From Candidatus Gottesmanbacteria bacterium GW2011_GWC1_43_10 (GTDB lineage Bacteria; Patescibacteriota; Microgenomatia; UBA10105), in NCBI GenBank assembly GCA_000995415.1, contig LCEX01000008.1:8398-72397 (forward strand): a DNA stretch of 64,000 nt, in the 5' to 3' direction. The translations under genes and the position numbers were made by a program. Below, in pieces: positions 38,881-47,522 of this stretch. The notes under the pieces were generated by a model. It saw only the letters and a program-made list of their open reading frames with translations, was not told where the DNA came from and made no database searches. Positions within the stretch are counted from its first letter, which is position 1, and every line of letters begins with the position of its first letter.

Positions 38881-39468
38881 ATGAAGATATGGACGTATTT
38901 GACTTTGTTTACGGTCGTGGCCATCTCTGCAATCGGTTTGGGTACGATCGTCAAAAAAAATAACTCGGCGCGAGTTAGTCCTCCACCCACTATCACGCGG
39001 ACTACCCCAAATACCCAAGAAACTATCCGGGTGGACTTGAAACTTGCACCAGAGACCACTTCTCTACATGTGGGCGAAGAAACTATTTATGATGTCACTA
39101 TCGATTCACGCGACCTGGGTGTAGTCATCGTCCAGGGCAGCTTTAGTTTCGACCCGGCTAGACTTGCGATTTTAAGTATTGAACCCGGACCTTTCCTATC
39201 ACAACCAGATGTTTTAGCCAAATCTGTCGATCCGGTGGCGGGAAAAATCTCGTATACACTCGGTTCTTTAAAATACGGTCAAGGCGAAGGCGTTGTTTTC
39301 CGAATCAAAGTGAAAGCCTTAACGCAAACTCAAGGTTTGGTGAGTCCACTTTCGTTTGAACGGGAAAAAACCAAAATTGGACTCAAAGACCAAGTAAAAG
39401 ATATTGGTTTTTCAGTAGATCAAACCGTGATTCTTTTTAATGAACAACTTATGACCATTTTGTCTTAA
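38881..39468 (+). CDS. Membrane-anchored cohesin-like domain protein
   Basis: N-terminal TM. VTIDSRDLGVVIVQGSFSFDPARLAILSIEPG matches the cohesin DFxLxFDP..L block. Confidence 0.5.
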   Translation: MKIWTYLTLFTVVAISAIGLGTIVKKNNSARVSPPPTITRTTPNTQETIRVDLKLAPETTSLHVGEETIYDVTIDSRDLGVVIVQGSFSFDPARLAILSIEPGPFLSQPDVLAKSVDPVAGKISYTLGSLKYGQGEGVVFRIKVKALTQTQGLVSPLSFEREKTKIGLKDQVKDIGFSVDQTVILFNEQLMTILS

Positions 39469-39522
39469 ACTCAAAAATATTGCTTTGCAGTAAAGTCAAG
39501 AATTAGTGTATATTAGAATAAC

Positions 39523-40614
39523 ATGAAAAAATTTCTGCTCATTTTAGCTTTTGTTTTACTACTACTAGCAATTCCGATCACGCTTTTTCTAGTAAAACAG
39601 CGTCAAGAAATCCGCCAGCGGGCTGTTCCTTCAACCTCGATTTATTTTGATCCGCTATCCTTAACTAAAAATGTGGATGATACATTCACCATCAATGTAC
39701 AGATGGATACCGGTCAAAATTTGGTGACTTTTGTGAAACTGAACCTGGCTTTTGATCCAACTTACTTAGAAGCCGTAAATTTGCAGAATGGAACTATTTT
39801 ACCGCAAGTTCTGGTTGATCGGGTACTAGGTAGTGGTACAGCCAGTATCAGTATTGGAGCTGGTCCGGGACAACCATATCAAGGCACGGGCACTATCGCC
39901 ACATTGACACTCAAGGCACTCGCGCCGACTACCACAGCTGTGACCATCAATGTCGCCGATACGACCGAAGTCAGAGCTCAAGGCGAAGGTTTTCAAAGCG
40001 TGCTCTTGAGTAACCGTAATCCGGCATCAATTGTCATCACTGGTACGGGTGGAGCCAGCCCCTCACCTTCGGCTAGTCCGTCTGACCAACCGTCACCGTC
40101 ACCATCCAGCTCGCCGGGTGGACCCACACCTACACCATCACCTTCGCCGTCAGCTTCACCGGCACAGGTAACGAAAATCACTTCTCCGGTAAACGGCGCG
40201 ACTTTGACTACAGCTAGACCCACGTTTTCCGGCACTAGTTTCGCAAGCGCTTTGGTCGTCGTAAACATCAATACCAATCCGGTGACTACCAGTACGATCA
40301 CGGCTGATACTAGCGGCGATTGGTCATATACCCCAACTTCTGACCTACCAAACGGCAGCTATACTTTGACCGTCACCGGTAACGATAATGCCGGTACCAA
40401 TGAAACAGCTACCGCTACTTTTACCATCTCCGTAAGCGGCGGCACCGGTGGTACAACTATCGCTACCCCCACCCCGTCTGCTTCACCGATCGCTGGTGGA
40501 GTGAGTCCTTCACCGACGGTACCGGTGACTGGAGCTACTACACCTACGCTTTTCTTGCTGGGTTTGGCTGCTATTTTGATCATGCTTGGCACTGGGACGA
40601 TTTTCTTGCATTAA
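39523..40614 (+). CDS. Surface protein with cohesin-like domain, P/S/T linker, Ig-like domain and C-terminal TM anchor
   Basis: VKLNLAFDPTYLEAVNLQNG cohesin-like. SPSPSASPSDQPSPSPSSSPGGPTPTPSPSPSASP linker. C-terminal LFLLGLAAILIMLG TM. Confidence 0.55.
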   Translation: MKKFLLILAFVLLLLAIPITLFLVKQRQEIRQRAVPSTSIYFDPLSLTKNVDDTFTINVQMDTGQNLVTFVKLNLAFDPTYLEAVNLQNGTILPQVLVDRVLGSGTASISIGAGPGQPYQGTGTIATLTLKALAPTTTAVTINVADTTEVRAQGEGFQSVLLSNRNPASIVITGTGGASPSPSASPSDQPSPSPSSSPGGPTPTPSPSPSASPAQVTKITSPVNGATLTTARPTFSGTSFASALVVVNINTNPVTTSTITADTSGDWSYTPTSDLPNGSYTLTVTGNDNAGTNETATATFTISVSGGTGGTTIATPTPSASPIAGGVSPSPTVPVTGATTPTLFLLGLAAILIMLGTGTIFLH

Positions 40615-40673
40615 AGCTCCAGAATATGTAACTAACTAACTCACTCACCTTACGCATCTATCCTTGTCATTCC

Positions 40674-40754
40674 CATGAAAATGGAAATCTATTTCCTGGA
40701 TTCCCGCTGGAGTTTACCCTGATGAAAATCGGGGCGGGAATGACGCTGCGTAAC
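40674..40754 (+). repeat. Shorter copy of the same MITE-like repeat family
   Basis: TTGTCATTCCC...GGATTCCCGCTGG...ATCGGGGCGGGAATGAC. Termini and the internal GATTCCCGC/GCGGGAAT match the family. Confidence 0.55.
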
Positions 40755-40893
40755 ATGAATAACTCAATCTCTATCCTAAACTTTTGATAGGTTAATCTAT
40801 AGTTGGACCATGTTTGTATGACTTGACGACACAGTATTTTTTCCAGTATTATTAATTCGGTTATTTTTTGGTTAATTAAAATATTTCGAGCCT

Positions 40894-41154
40894 ATGCTGG
40901 AAAAAATCGGTGAAAAGGTTTCGGTTAATTTAGTATATAACCACTCAACCGGCGTGGTAATTCCCAAACAACTCCGCTGGAAAAACCAAATTTATCAAAT
41001 CCAAAAAATAGGTCTCCATTACACTCTTTATCAAGGCAACACGCTTATCCACATGTTTTCCGTCTGTGACCAAAACCATTATTTTCTCCTGTCTCTTGAT
41101 ACCAAAACCCTGCACTGGACACTGGAACAAGTAGCAGATGGAGTCACAAACTAA
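40894..41154 (+). CDS. Hypothetical small protein flanked by two copies of the MITE-like repeat
   Basis: 86 aa ORF with no recognisable motif. Repeats lie at 40674..40754 and 41186..41295. Confidence 0.3.
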   Translation: MLEKIGEKVSVNLVYNHSTGVVIPKQLRWKNQIYQIQKIGLHYTLYQGNTLIHMFSVCDQNHYFLLSLDTKTLHWTLEQVADGVTN

Positions 41155-41185
41155 TTTTCAATTTGAAATTAGGAGTTACATACTC

Positions 41186-41295
41186 TGTCATCCTCCGGCT
41201 TGACCGAAGGATCCATAGTTACTTTGAAAACGGATTCCCGCTTTTCCGCCATAGGCGGACAGGCGGCGGGAATGACATACAGGGCGGGAATGACA
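41186..41295 (+). repeat. Full-length copy of the MITE-like repeat family
   Basis: TGTCATCCTCCGGCTTGACCGAAGGATCCAT...GGATTCCCGCTTTTCCGCCATAGGCGGACAGGCGGCGGGAATGACATACAGGGCGGGAATGACAA, 20 bp upstream of dinB. Confidence 0.65.
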
Positions 41296-41314
41296 ACCCT
41301 AATAATATATAACA

Positions 41315-42700
41315 ATGAAACAATTCAGCAATAATCATTCTAGTTGGATGCATATTGATTTGAACTCCTGTTTTGCGACCATTGAACAACAGGCCAATCC
41401 GTTACTTCGTGGCAAACCCATTGTCGTAGCTGCTTATACCACGCCGCGGGGTTGTATATTGGCTCCTTCAATCGAAGCCAAAAAATATGGCGTCAAAACC
41501 GGAATGCAAGTGCAAGAAGGCAAACTGCTTTGTCCAAAGTTAATCGTACTTCCCTCTGACCCACCCAAGTACCGCTTCGTCAATCGTGCACTTCTGAAAT
41601 TGTTTAACGAATATTCGCCGGAAGTTTCCGTGCGTTCAATTGACGAGATGCTATTGAATTTTAGTTATTTTCTTTCTTCATTTGATCCCGTCATTCTGGG
41701 GAGGATCCGCCAGGCGGCGGAGACGACTCCAGAATCCGAAAAAATAAGAACGGATCCTGGACAAGCCAGGATAACTATTCTTTCTGAAAGATCCTTAATC
41801 GACATTGCCCATGAAATCAAACGGCGTATTAAAAGTGAAATTGGCGAGTGGTTGACAGTGTCAATTGGCATCTCCACCAATCCGTACTTGGCCAAACTGG
41901 CTGCCGGCATCCATAAACCTGATGGACTAGATGAGATTAATGAGTCCAATATTTTGAATATTTTATCTTCTCTGAAACTGGTTGACCTCCCATATATCAA
42001 AGAACGCAATGCGTTGCGTTTACTATCTGTAGGCATCAAAACTCCGGTGGATTTTTATTTCGCCTCTTTGCAACAACTCAAAACTGCATTTCAATCTATC
42101 AACGGTTACTATTGGCACCTGCGCCTTCACGGACTTGCCGTTGATGAAGTTGAGTGGCAACGCAAATCTATTGGACATCAATATGCACTCCCCAAACGGA
42201 CGACAAATGTCAAAGAAATCGAACAATTGTTGTGTAAATTAGTAGAAAAAGTAGGCCGAAGGTTAAGAGACAACAATTTAACTGCTTGCGGCATGCATTT
42301 AGCTATTGGCTACGACGATGGATTTTGGCACCTGGGACACAAATTCCCACAAAAAATGTATGCTTCAAGTGATTTATTTGCGGCAAGTAAAATACTGCTT
42401 AAAGAAGCTTTACCCTTAAAACCAGTTCGTTCTCTGGCAATTACTTGTTTTGCATTGGAAGAAAATCTCTATACGCAGACAAGTATTTTTCAAGATGAAC
42501 TCAAAAAACGGGCTATTACAAAAGCTATGGATCGAGTCAATGATAAATGGGGAGAATTTTCGGTGATTCCCGGCACCATGTTAGGCATTCAACGGGAAGG
42601 GAAAATTTTGGATCGCATTGCTTTTGGCCGGGTCATGGACATGCCGGAAATTGTCCTAAAAGAAGAAACACGGTGGAAAAGAGAAAGATATGCACCATAA
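41315..42700 (+). CDS. dinB: Y-family DNA polymerase (DinB/Pol IV-like)
   Basis: HIDLNSCFATIEQQANPLLRGKPIVVA, SIDEMLLNF, ISTNPYLAKLAAGIHKPDGL. 461 aa. Confidence 0.85.
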   Translation: MKQFSNNHSSWMHIDLNSCFATIEQQANPLLRGKPIVVAAYTTPRGCILAPSIEAKKYGVKTGMQVQEGKLLCPKLIVLPSDPPKYRFVNRALLKLFNEYSPEVSVRSIDEMLLNFSYFLSSFDPVILGRIRQAAETTPESEKIRTDPGQARITILSERSLIDIAHEIKRRIKSEIGEWLTVSIGISTNPYLAKLAAGIHKPDGLDEINESNILNILSSLKLVDLPYIKERNALRLLSVGIKTPVDFYFASLQQLKTAFQSINGYYWHLRLHGLAVDEVEWQRKSIGHQYALPKRTTNVKEIEQLLCKLVEKVGRRLRDNNLTACGMHLAIGYDDGFWHLGHKFPQKMYASSDLFAASKILLKEALPLKPVRSLAITCFALEENLYTQTSIFQDELKKRAITKAMDRVNDKWGEFSVIPGTMLGIQREGKILDRIAFGRVMDMPEIVLKEETRWKRERYAP

Positions 42701-42735
42701 GAAAAATTGAATGGACAATTTTAGTCATCTCTCAC

Positions 42736-43236
42736 TTAATCATCATTTTCAGGATCGGGAAAAATATATTTTAGCCAAATGTCTTCATGCTCATCCAATG
42801 TTTCTCTGGTCTTGTCCCGCAATTTCAAACCCAATTGATAAGAATTCCACTCTGGTTGTTTCTCTGGCTCCGAGATATATTCAAAACGCAAAGCAAAGTT
42901 ATTGCATAAATCTTCTATCGTTTCTAACTGTTTTCTCAATAGTCTTTGCACACCAATTTCATCAGTTAACACCCCCTCAATCACAAATGCCAGCAATACA
43001 TAGGGTGTTCCATAATCAATAATTGCCCGCGTTACTGTTGAACCAGATCCTCTTTCTCCAGATTCTAATGCGGCCTCCCTCCATTGATACCCCAGCTGCA
43101 CCAAGGGTAACCATGGAGATAAAAGTGTAAATTGCTCCTGAGTTAGATACTCCCTTATTTTCCCTGAACCAATTAACTTCGAAATGTCATTCGGAGGTAA
43201 TCTTAAAAGTTGCGTCCCTTTTTCTAATTGTCCCAT
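42736..43236 (-). CDS. Hypothetical protein
   Basis: 166 aa acidic ORF with no recognised motif. Confidence 0.35.
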   Translation of the reverse strand: MGQLEKGTQLLRLPPNDISKLIGSGKIREYLTQEQFTLLSPWLPLVQLGYQWREAALESGERGSGSTVTRAIIDYGTPYVLLAFVIEGVLTDEIGVQRLLRKQLETIEDLCNNFALRFEYISEPEKQPEWNSYQLGLKLRDKTRETLDEHEDIWLKYIFPDPENDD

Positions 43237-43321
43237 AGTGTCTAGGTACTTTAGACCAAACTAGAGAATATTGCAAATCACGGTTTTGGTATTTACTTAT
43301 CGTTGTTATTTCTATTTTTTG

Positions 43322-43480
43322 ATATAATGTATCTACCTTCGGGGTCGGGTGTGATTCCGTATCGGTGGTACAGCCCACGAGTCGCAAGACATGATGCTGT
43401 GTAACTCAGCAGCCGACCGTATAGTCGGGAGTCCTATCCGCCAAGTGGCGGATCGGGACAGTGCAATCACTTGCACAATA
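43322..43480 (+). promoter_or_regulatory. FMN riboswitch (RFN element)
   Basis: CTTCGGGGTCGGGTGTGATTCCGTATCGGTGGTACAGCCCACGAGTCGC matches the RFN 5' consensus CUUCGGGGCAGGGUGAAAUUCCCGACCGGCGGUAGUAAAGCCCGCGAGC. AGCAGCCGACCGTATAGTCGGGAG matches the 3' GAAGCCGACAGUAUAGUCUGGAUGGGAG. Confidence 0.75.
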
Positions 43481-43535
43481 AGAAGGCAACACATGCGCCT
43501 AAAAAATAGGCGGGATTGTTGTGTGTATAAATTTC

Positions 43536-43560
43536 CCCCGAAGCCAAAGGGGGATTTTTT
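43536..43560 (+). terminator. Candidate riboswitch expression-platform terminator (CCCCC-loop-GGGGG then T-run) abutting the start codon
   Basis: TTTCCCCCGAAGCCAAAGGGGGATTTTTT directly precedes the ATG at 43561. GGGGGA may double as the ribosome-binding site. Confidence 0.45.
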
Positions 43561-44457
43561 ATGGAAAAAAAATATGGATTTCTGTTTATTGTCGTTGCCG
43601 CCACACTCTGGAGCTTGGATGGATTACTCCGAAGAAGTCTCTACTCGCTTCCACCGACAGTTGTAGTTTTGTATGAACATATCATAGGCCTGGTTTTTCT
43701 TTTACCTTTCGCTCTAAAACACATACCAAAACTCAAAACACTAGATAAAAAAGATATCGGGGCAATTATCTGGATTGCATTTTTGGGAGGAGTATTGGGA
43801 ACTGTTTTTTATACCACAGCTCTCGGAAAAATCAACTATATTCAGTTTTCAGTAGTGATTCTTTTACAAAAACTGCAACCTATCTTCGTTATTTTGACAG
43901 CGAAACTACTTCTTAAGGAACCAATAACCAAAAATTATCTCATCTGGGCTCTAGTTGCCATGATTGGCGCTTATTTTATTTCATTTCCAACGCTTAGTAT
44001 CAATTTTCAAAATGACCTGCCGACTATTACAGCAGCACTTTTTGCAGTAGCGGCAGCGTTCTGTTGGGGGTCATCCACGAGTTTTAATAAGTATGCGCTG
44101 CGCAAAGTCCCTTCAGAATTTGCCCTGGCATTGCGTTTTTTATTTACTATACCTTTAGCATTTATTTTTGTATTATTCACCAATTCAACGCCCGCTCTCA
44201 CCGCACTTTCAAACAGTCAATTGTCAACGCTGGTATTAATTGCACTTTCAACCGGTATGGTAGCCATGGTGATTTATTTTCGTGGACTCAAATATACGCC
44301 AGCACGTTTGTCAGCTATTGCCGAACTTGCCTGGCCGGTATCTGCACTATTTATTGGCTACTATTTTTTCCATGAGCGCCTGGTATTAACTCAAATTGTG
44401 GGAGCAGCTATACTTCTTTTTTCCATGCTAAAAGTCACCCGACTGCAAAAAACATGA
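43561..44457 (+). CDS. EamA/DMT-family transporter, putative riboflavin importer (RibN-like)
   Basis: 298 aa, 10 TM, duplicated EamA halves. Downstream of the FMN riboswitch and overlapping the riboflavin kinase gene by 4 nt. Confidence 0.75.
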   Translation: MEKKYGFLFIVVAATLWSLDGLLRRSLYSLPPTVVVLYEHIIGLVFLLPFALKHIPKLKTLDKKDIGAIIWIAFLGGVLGTVFYTTALGKINYIQFSVVILLQKLQPIFVILTAKLLLKEPITKNYLIWALVAMIGAYFISFPTLSINFQNDLPTITAALFAVAAAFCWGSSTSFNKYALRKVPSEFALALRFLFTIPLAFIFVLFTNSTPALTALSNSQLSTLVLIALSTGMVAMVIYFRGLKYTPARLSAIAELAWPVSALFIGYYFFHERLVLTQIVGAAILLFSMLKVTRLQKT

Positions 44458-44834
44458 ATCCAATCAACGTGACACTTCCTGTTACGGTCGTCAAAGGCAA
44501 AGGTCGAGGGAAAAAAATGGGAATTCCGACACTCAATTTTGCGATCCCCAAAACTCTGAAACTTCCTCATGGCGTCTATGCCGGTTGGTTAATCGCTGGG
44601 AAATATAAATATCAAGCAGCGATTCATTTCGGCCCAAGACCACAGTTTAATGAAACTGACCCGTCACTTGAGGCATATCTATTGCAAAATGCAATCATCC
44701 CGCAAAACACAGAACTACAGCTTACGTTTAGCGCATTTATCCGTAATGTTCAAAAGTTTCCGTCAGTTTCCGAAATGTTAAAAAGAATTGCAGTTGATGT
44801 AAAAGAAATCAACAAAATCTTACTCCAGCTCTAG
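44454..44834 (+). CDS. Monofunctional riboflavin kinase (RibF C-terminal-domain type)
   Basis: VVKGKGRGKKMGIPTLNF (GxGRG..G.PTxN), LEAYLL, IRNVQKFPSVSEMLKRIAVDV. 126 aa. Confidence 0.8.
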   Translation: MNPINVTLPVTVVKGKGRGKKMGIPTLNFAIPKTLKLPHGVYAGWLIAGKYKYQAAIHFGPRPQFNETDPSLEAYLLQNAIIPQNTELQLTFSAFIRNVQKFPSVSEMLKRIAVDVKEINKILLQL

Positions 44835-45500
44835 ACTCGCCCAAAGATATCGACAAGCCCAGGAGCGATAAGGTTTCCATTTGGAAGAAATTTTCTCTGC
44901 TTGTTTGAGTGTAGGATGCGATTTAAGTTGATACAATTTTTTGATCGCATTTTTGAGTCCCTGATCTCCATAAGAAAACACGTCATCTCGTCCCAAACTA
45001 AACATCAAAAACATCTCCGCTGTCCAACGACCTATGCCTTTAACCTGTGTTAGATGAGTAATTATTTCTTCATCCGAAAGTTTATGGATTACGTCAAATT
45101 TTAATATTCCTGTTTGCGTTTTGGTTGCCAAATCTTTGATATAAGAGATTTTAGCGTAGGAAATGCCGCAACTGCGAATTTTTTCGATATCCATTTCTCT
45201 GACTTGTTGGGGCATGGGGAAATTGACATGAGGAAACAATTTTAAAAAGCGGGCAAAAATGGTATCCGCAGCTTTGATAGAAAGTTGTTGACTCACAATT
45301 GATTCAACTAGCGCCCGATAAAAATCCGCGTCCTGTCGTCTTTTAAAAGGGGGTACTTGGCTGATGACTGTTGCAAGAATGGGGTCTACTTTTTTTAAAT
45401 GATTAATTATCTTCTTACTCATAGTTTGCTTGCACCGTTTTGCCATTTTTGCCAGTGGAAATTCCCACCACCAGATATTCTGCATTTTCAGAACTAACAT
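44820..45500 (-). CDS. HhH-GPD DNA glycosylase (AlkA-like 3-methyladenine glycosylase II)
   Basis: VKGIGRWTAEMFLMFSLGRDDVFSYGDQGL HhH-GPD loop plus catalytic Asp. Likely start is an internal Met (about 45422-45446), removing the overlap with the next gene. Confidence 0.7.
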   Translation of the reverse strand: MLVLKMQNIWWWEFPLAKMAKRCKQTMSKKIINHLKKVDPILATVISQVPPFKRRQDADFYRALVESIVSQQLSIKAADTIFARFLKLFPHVNFPMPQQVREMDIEKIRSCGISYAKISYIKDLATKTQTGILKFDVIHKLSDEEIITHLTQVKGIGRWTAEMFLMFSLGRDDVFSYGDQGLKNAIKKLYQLKSHPTLKQAEKISSKWKPYRSWACRYLWASLELE

Positions 45501-45837
45501 TTTCCATCGTATGGATTGACTTAAAAGGTACTACCACTGCGTCGCCTTTTTCCATAATCCTTTCTTCCTCATCAATAATGACTTTAATTTTTCCAGACAT
45601 AATAATAAATATTTCCTGCATGTCTTCATGATAGTGGGCCAGGAATTTTTTCCCTTTTGGCAATTTCGCCCAATTGATCATTTGCACATTTCCCTTTACC
45701 AAATCTTTATACGTCAATAATACTTTTTTTAAGACTTGGGGATTTTTGCTGTCTTCATGACTGGCAGGAATATAAGATAGATTTTTACCACGAATTAGTT
45801 TCATAATCTGACGACGTCGGAAATTTAGCTTTTTCAT
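45415..45837 (-). CDS. Cupin-domain protein
   Basis: FLAHYHEDMQEIFIIMSGKIKV...GDAVVVPFKSIHTMEN two-His cupin motifs. Confidence 0.55.
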   Translation of the reverse strand: MKKLNFRRRQIMKLIRGKNLSYIPASHEDSKNPQVLKKVLLTYKDLVKGNVQMINWAKLPKGKKFLAHYHEDMQEIFIIMSGKIKVIIDEEERIMEKGDAVVVPFKSIHTMENVSSENAEYLVVGISTGKNGKTVQANYE

Positions 45838-46370
45838 GTTCTTCCGGTCTGGAGAATTTTTACTTTTTCAATAACTCCGTACTCCATGCCACCTAATGCA
45901 TAGATTTTGTCCAGTGCTGATTTGTCAGATCCATGAATTATTTCAATTTTTCCGATCAATATTGAGAACGTTTCCATTTCTACAGTTTGCATTAAGGTAC
46001 ATTCAAAATTGAGAACTGCATCTTTTAGTATTGGGCATTTATTTTTCTTCGCTGGTAAAAACTGAAGAGCCATCTGTTTGAGTTTATTCACTTCTCTTCC
46101 ACTCACTGTCCCACAGTATAAGATATCTTTTAGTTGTTCTTGTGATGGATAAGCATAAGTAAATTCTTTAGTTGCCAAAATAACCTCTCGCGAATAATTT
46201 CCATGAGACAAACCAATACAAACAACCATAGGACTCTTATATTCTGAAGATACTACCTGCCAATTAACCGGACATAAGTTTACCTTATTTTTTCTTTGTG
46301 TGATGACTGCGCCAATTACTTCTGGTTTTTCCAGTTTTGATTTTAGCTCTATATTAGGTGACAAGTTCAT
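45834..46370 (-). CDS. Flavin reductase-like FMN-binding domain protein
   Basis: NLCPVNWQVVSS...MVVCIG...LNFECTLMQTVEMETFSILIGKIEIIH...ALGGMEYG fits the PF01613-type pattern. Confidence 0.5.
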   Translation of the reverse strand: MNLSPNIELKSKLEKPEVIGAVITQRKNKVNLCPVNWQVVSSEYKSPMVVCIGLSHGNYSREVILATKEFTYAYPSQEQLKDILYCGTVSGREVNKLKQMALQFLPAKKNKCPILKDAVLNFECTLMQTVEMETFSILIGKIEIIHGSDKSALDKIYALGGMEYGVIEKVKILQTGRT

Positions 46371-46381
46371 ATAAATTTATC

Positions 46382-46957
46382 TTAAACTAGCATTGATTTG
46401 AATTTGCGAAAATCTGCCTGAATCAACGGCAAATATTTGGGAAACCGGATCACAGCTGCCGGATGGAGTGTGACTAAATACTTCCGGCCGTCTTTGGCGA
46501 GTATTTTCCCGTGATCTTTGAGAATCGGGACCGAGAGTTCAAGTACCCCCAAACAAGCAACCCTACCAAGCAGAACAATTATTTTGGGATTGATCACAGC
46601 CAGTTGTTGATGTAAATGTTTTCGGCCATGTGCTATTTGCACTTGGTCTGGAGTACCCCGATCAGGTAAGTATTTAACAGGACTGGTGATAAATACGTCT
46701 GCTTCACTAAAACCGGCTTCGCGAATAAGCCGGCGCAGTAGTTGGCCGGACCTACCGATAAATGGGCGCCCAGTTTTGGCTTCTTCTCTACCTGGGGCCT
46801 CACCAATAAATATCACCCGGGCATCCGGATCTCCTTCTCCTGGCACCGATTTGCCACTGGTTCTTTCGTGACAAATTTTGCAGCTCTCAATTTCCCGGGC
46901 TATTTTTTGTAGTTGTTTGCTTTTGTCCATTTCTAACCTAAAGATACCACGCCCCAT
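46382..46957 (-). CDS. Uracil-DNA glycosylase family 4 (Fe-S type)
   Basis: CxxC...GEGDPDARVIFIGEAPGREE, RPFIGRSG, LGRVA motifs. 191 aa. Confidence 0.85.
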   Translation of the reverse strand: MGRGIFRLEMDKSKQLQKIAREIESCKICHERTSGKSVPGEGDPDARVIFIGEAPGREEAKTGRPFIGRSGQLLRRLIREAGFSEADVFITSPVKYLPDRGTPDQVQIAHGRKHLHQQLAVINPKIIVLLGRVACLGVLELSVPILKDHGKILAKDGRKYLVTLHPAAVIRFPKYLPLIQADFRKFKSMLV

Positions 46958-47014
46958 CTTAGGCGTGGTTATCTTTTTTGACTAACTCCTATTTCTTTTT
47001 TACCTAGTAGAATT

Positions 47015-47449
47015 TTACTCTACTACAACACTTCCAAATTGAGACGGGTTCAAATGATTGTGATACTTATACGTCCCTGCCTTATCAAAAGTCAGTGAAA
47101 CCGATTGTCCGGCTGCCACATCGCCCAAGTTCAACGGTGGATACACCAAATGTGTCGGATGTACCGCCGAACTGACATTGCCTGCAACATCACTTTTATT
47201 GGTCCAGGTGACTTTTGTTCCCACTTTTACAGTCAATGCTTGCGGTTCAAAACCGGTTGCCATAATCGACACGCTACTCGCATTTTCCGCCATCGCGGGT
47301 TCAGCTGGTTTGGTGGCTTCGTTGGTAGTGGAAGACGTTTCATTGGTTGTCGGAGCTACGACCGTATTTTCGCCTTTACTCTTTAAAACAAACCACAACC
47401 CAGCTACCACCACTATCGCTACCAATACTCCCATTAAGGTTTTGCTCAT
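47015..47449 (-). CDS. Secreted cupredoxin-like (plastocyanin-fold) protein lacking the canonical Cys ligand
   Basis: Signal anchor, Thr-rich region, then FEPQALTVKVGTKVTWTN...HPTH...GTYKYHNHLNP. Confidence 0.35.
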   Translation of the reverse strand: MSKTLMGVLVAIVVVAGLWFVLKSKGENTVVAPTTNETSSTTNEATKPAEPAMAENASSVSIMATGFEPQALTVKVGTKVTWTNKSDVAGNVSSAVHPTHLVYPPLNLGDVAAGQSVSLTFDKAGTYKYHNHLNPSQFGSVVVE

Positions 47450-47522
47450 AATATACTCACCTCCTTTTTAGTTTCACTTAAATATAACATATGTCTTTTT
47501 CACCTACAACTTGTGATAAAAA

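Noticed and set aside
43300-43560. Other structured RNAs (RNase P, tmRNA, SRP RNA) as an explanation for the conserved-looking leader
   Set aside because: No RNase P CR-I/CR-V boxes, no tmRNA tag reading frame or CCA-acceptor-like 3' end, and no SRP GGAA/AGCAG domain IV motif were found. The FMN consensus fits both halves.
43391-43666. 91-aa ORF overlapping the FMN riboswitch and the transporter start
   Set aside because: It covers conserved riboswitch sequence and runs out of frame into the EamA gene. The riboswitch and transporter calls explain the region better.
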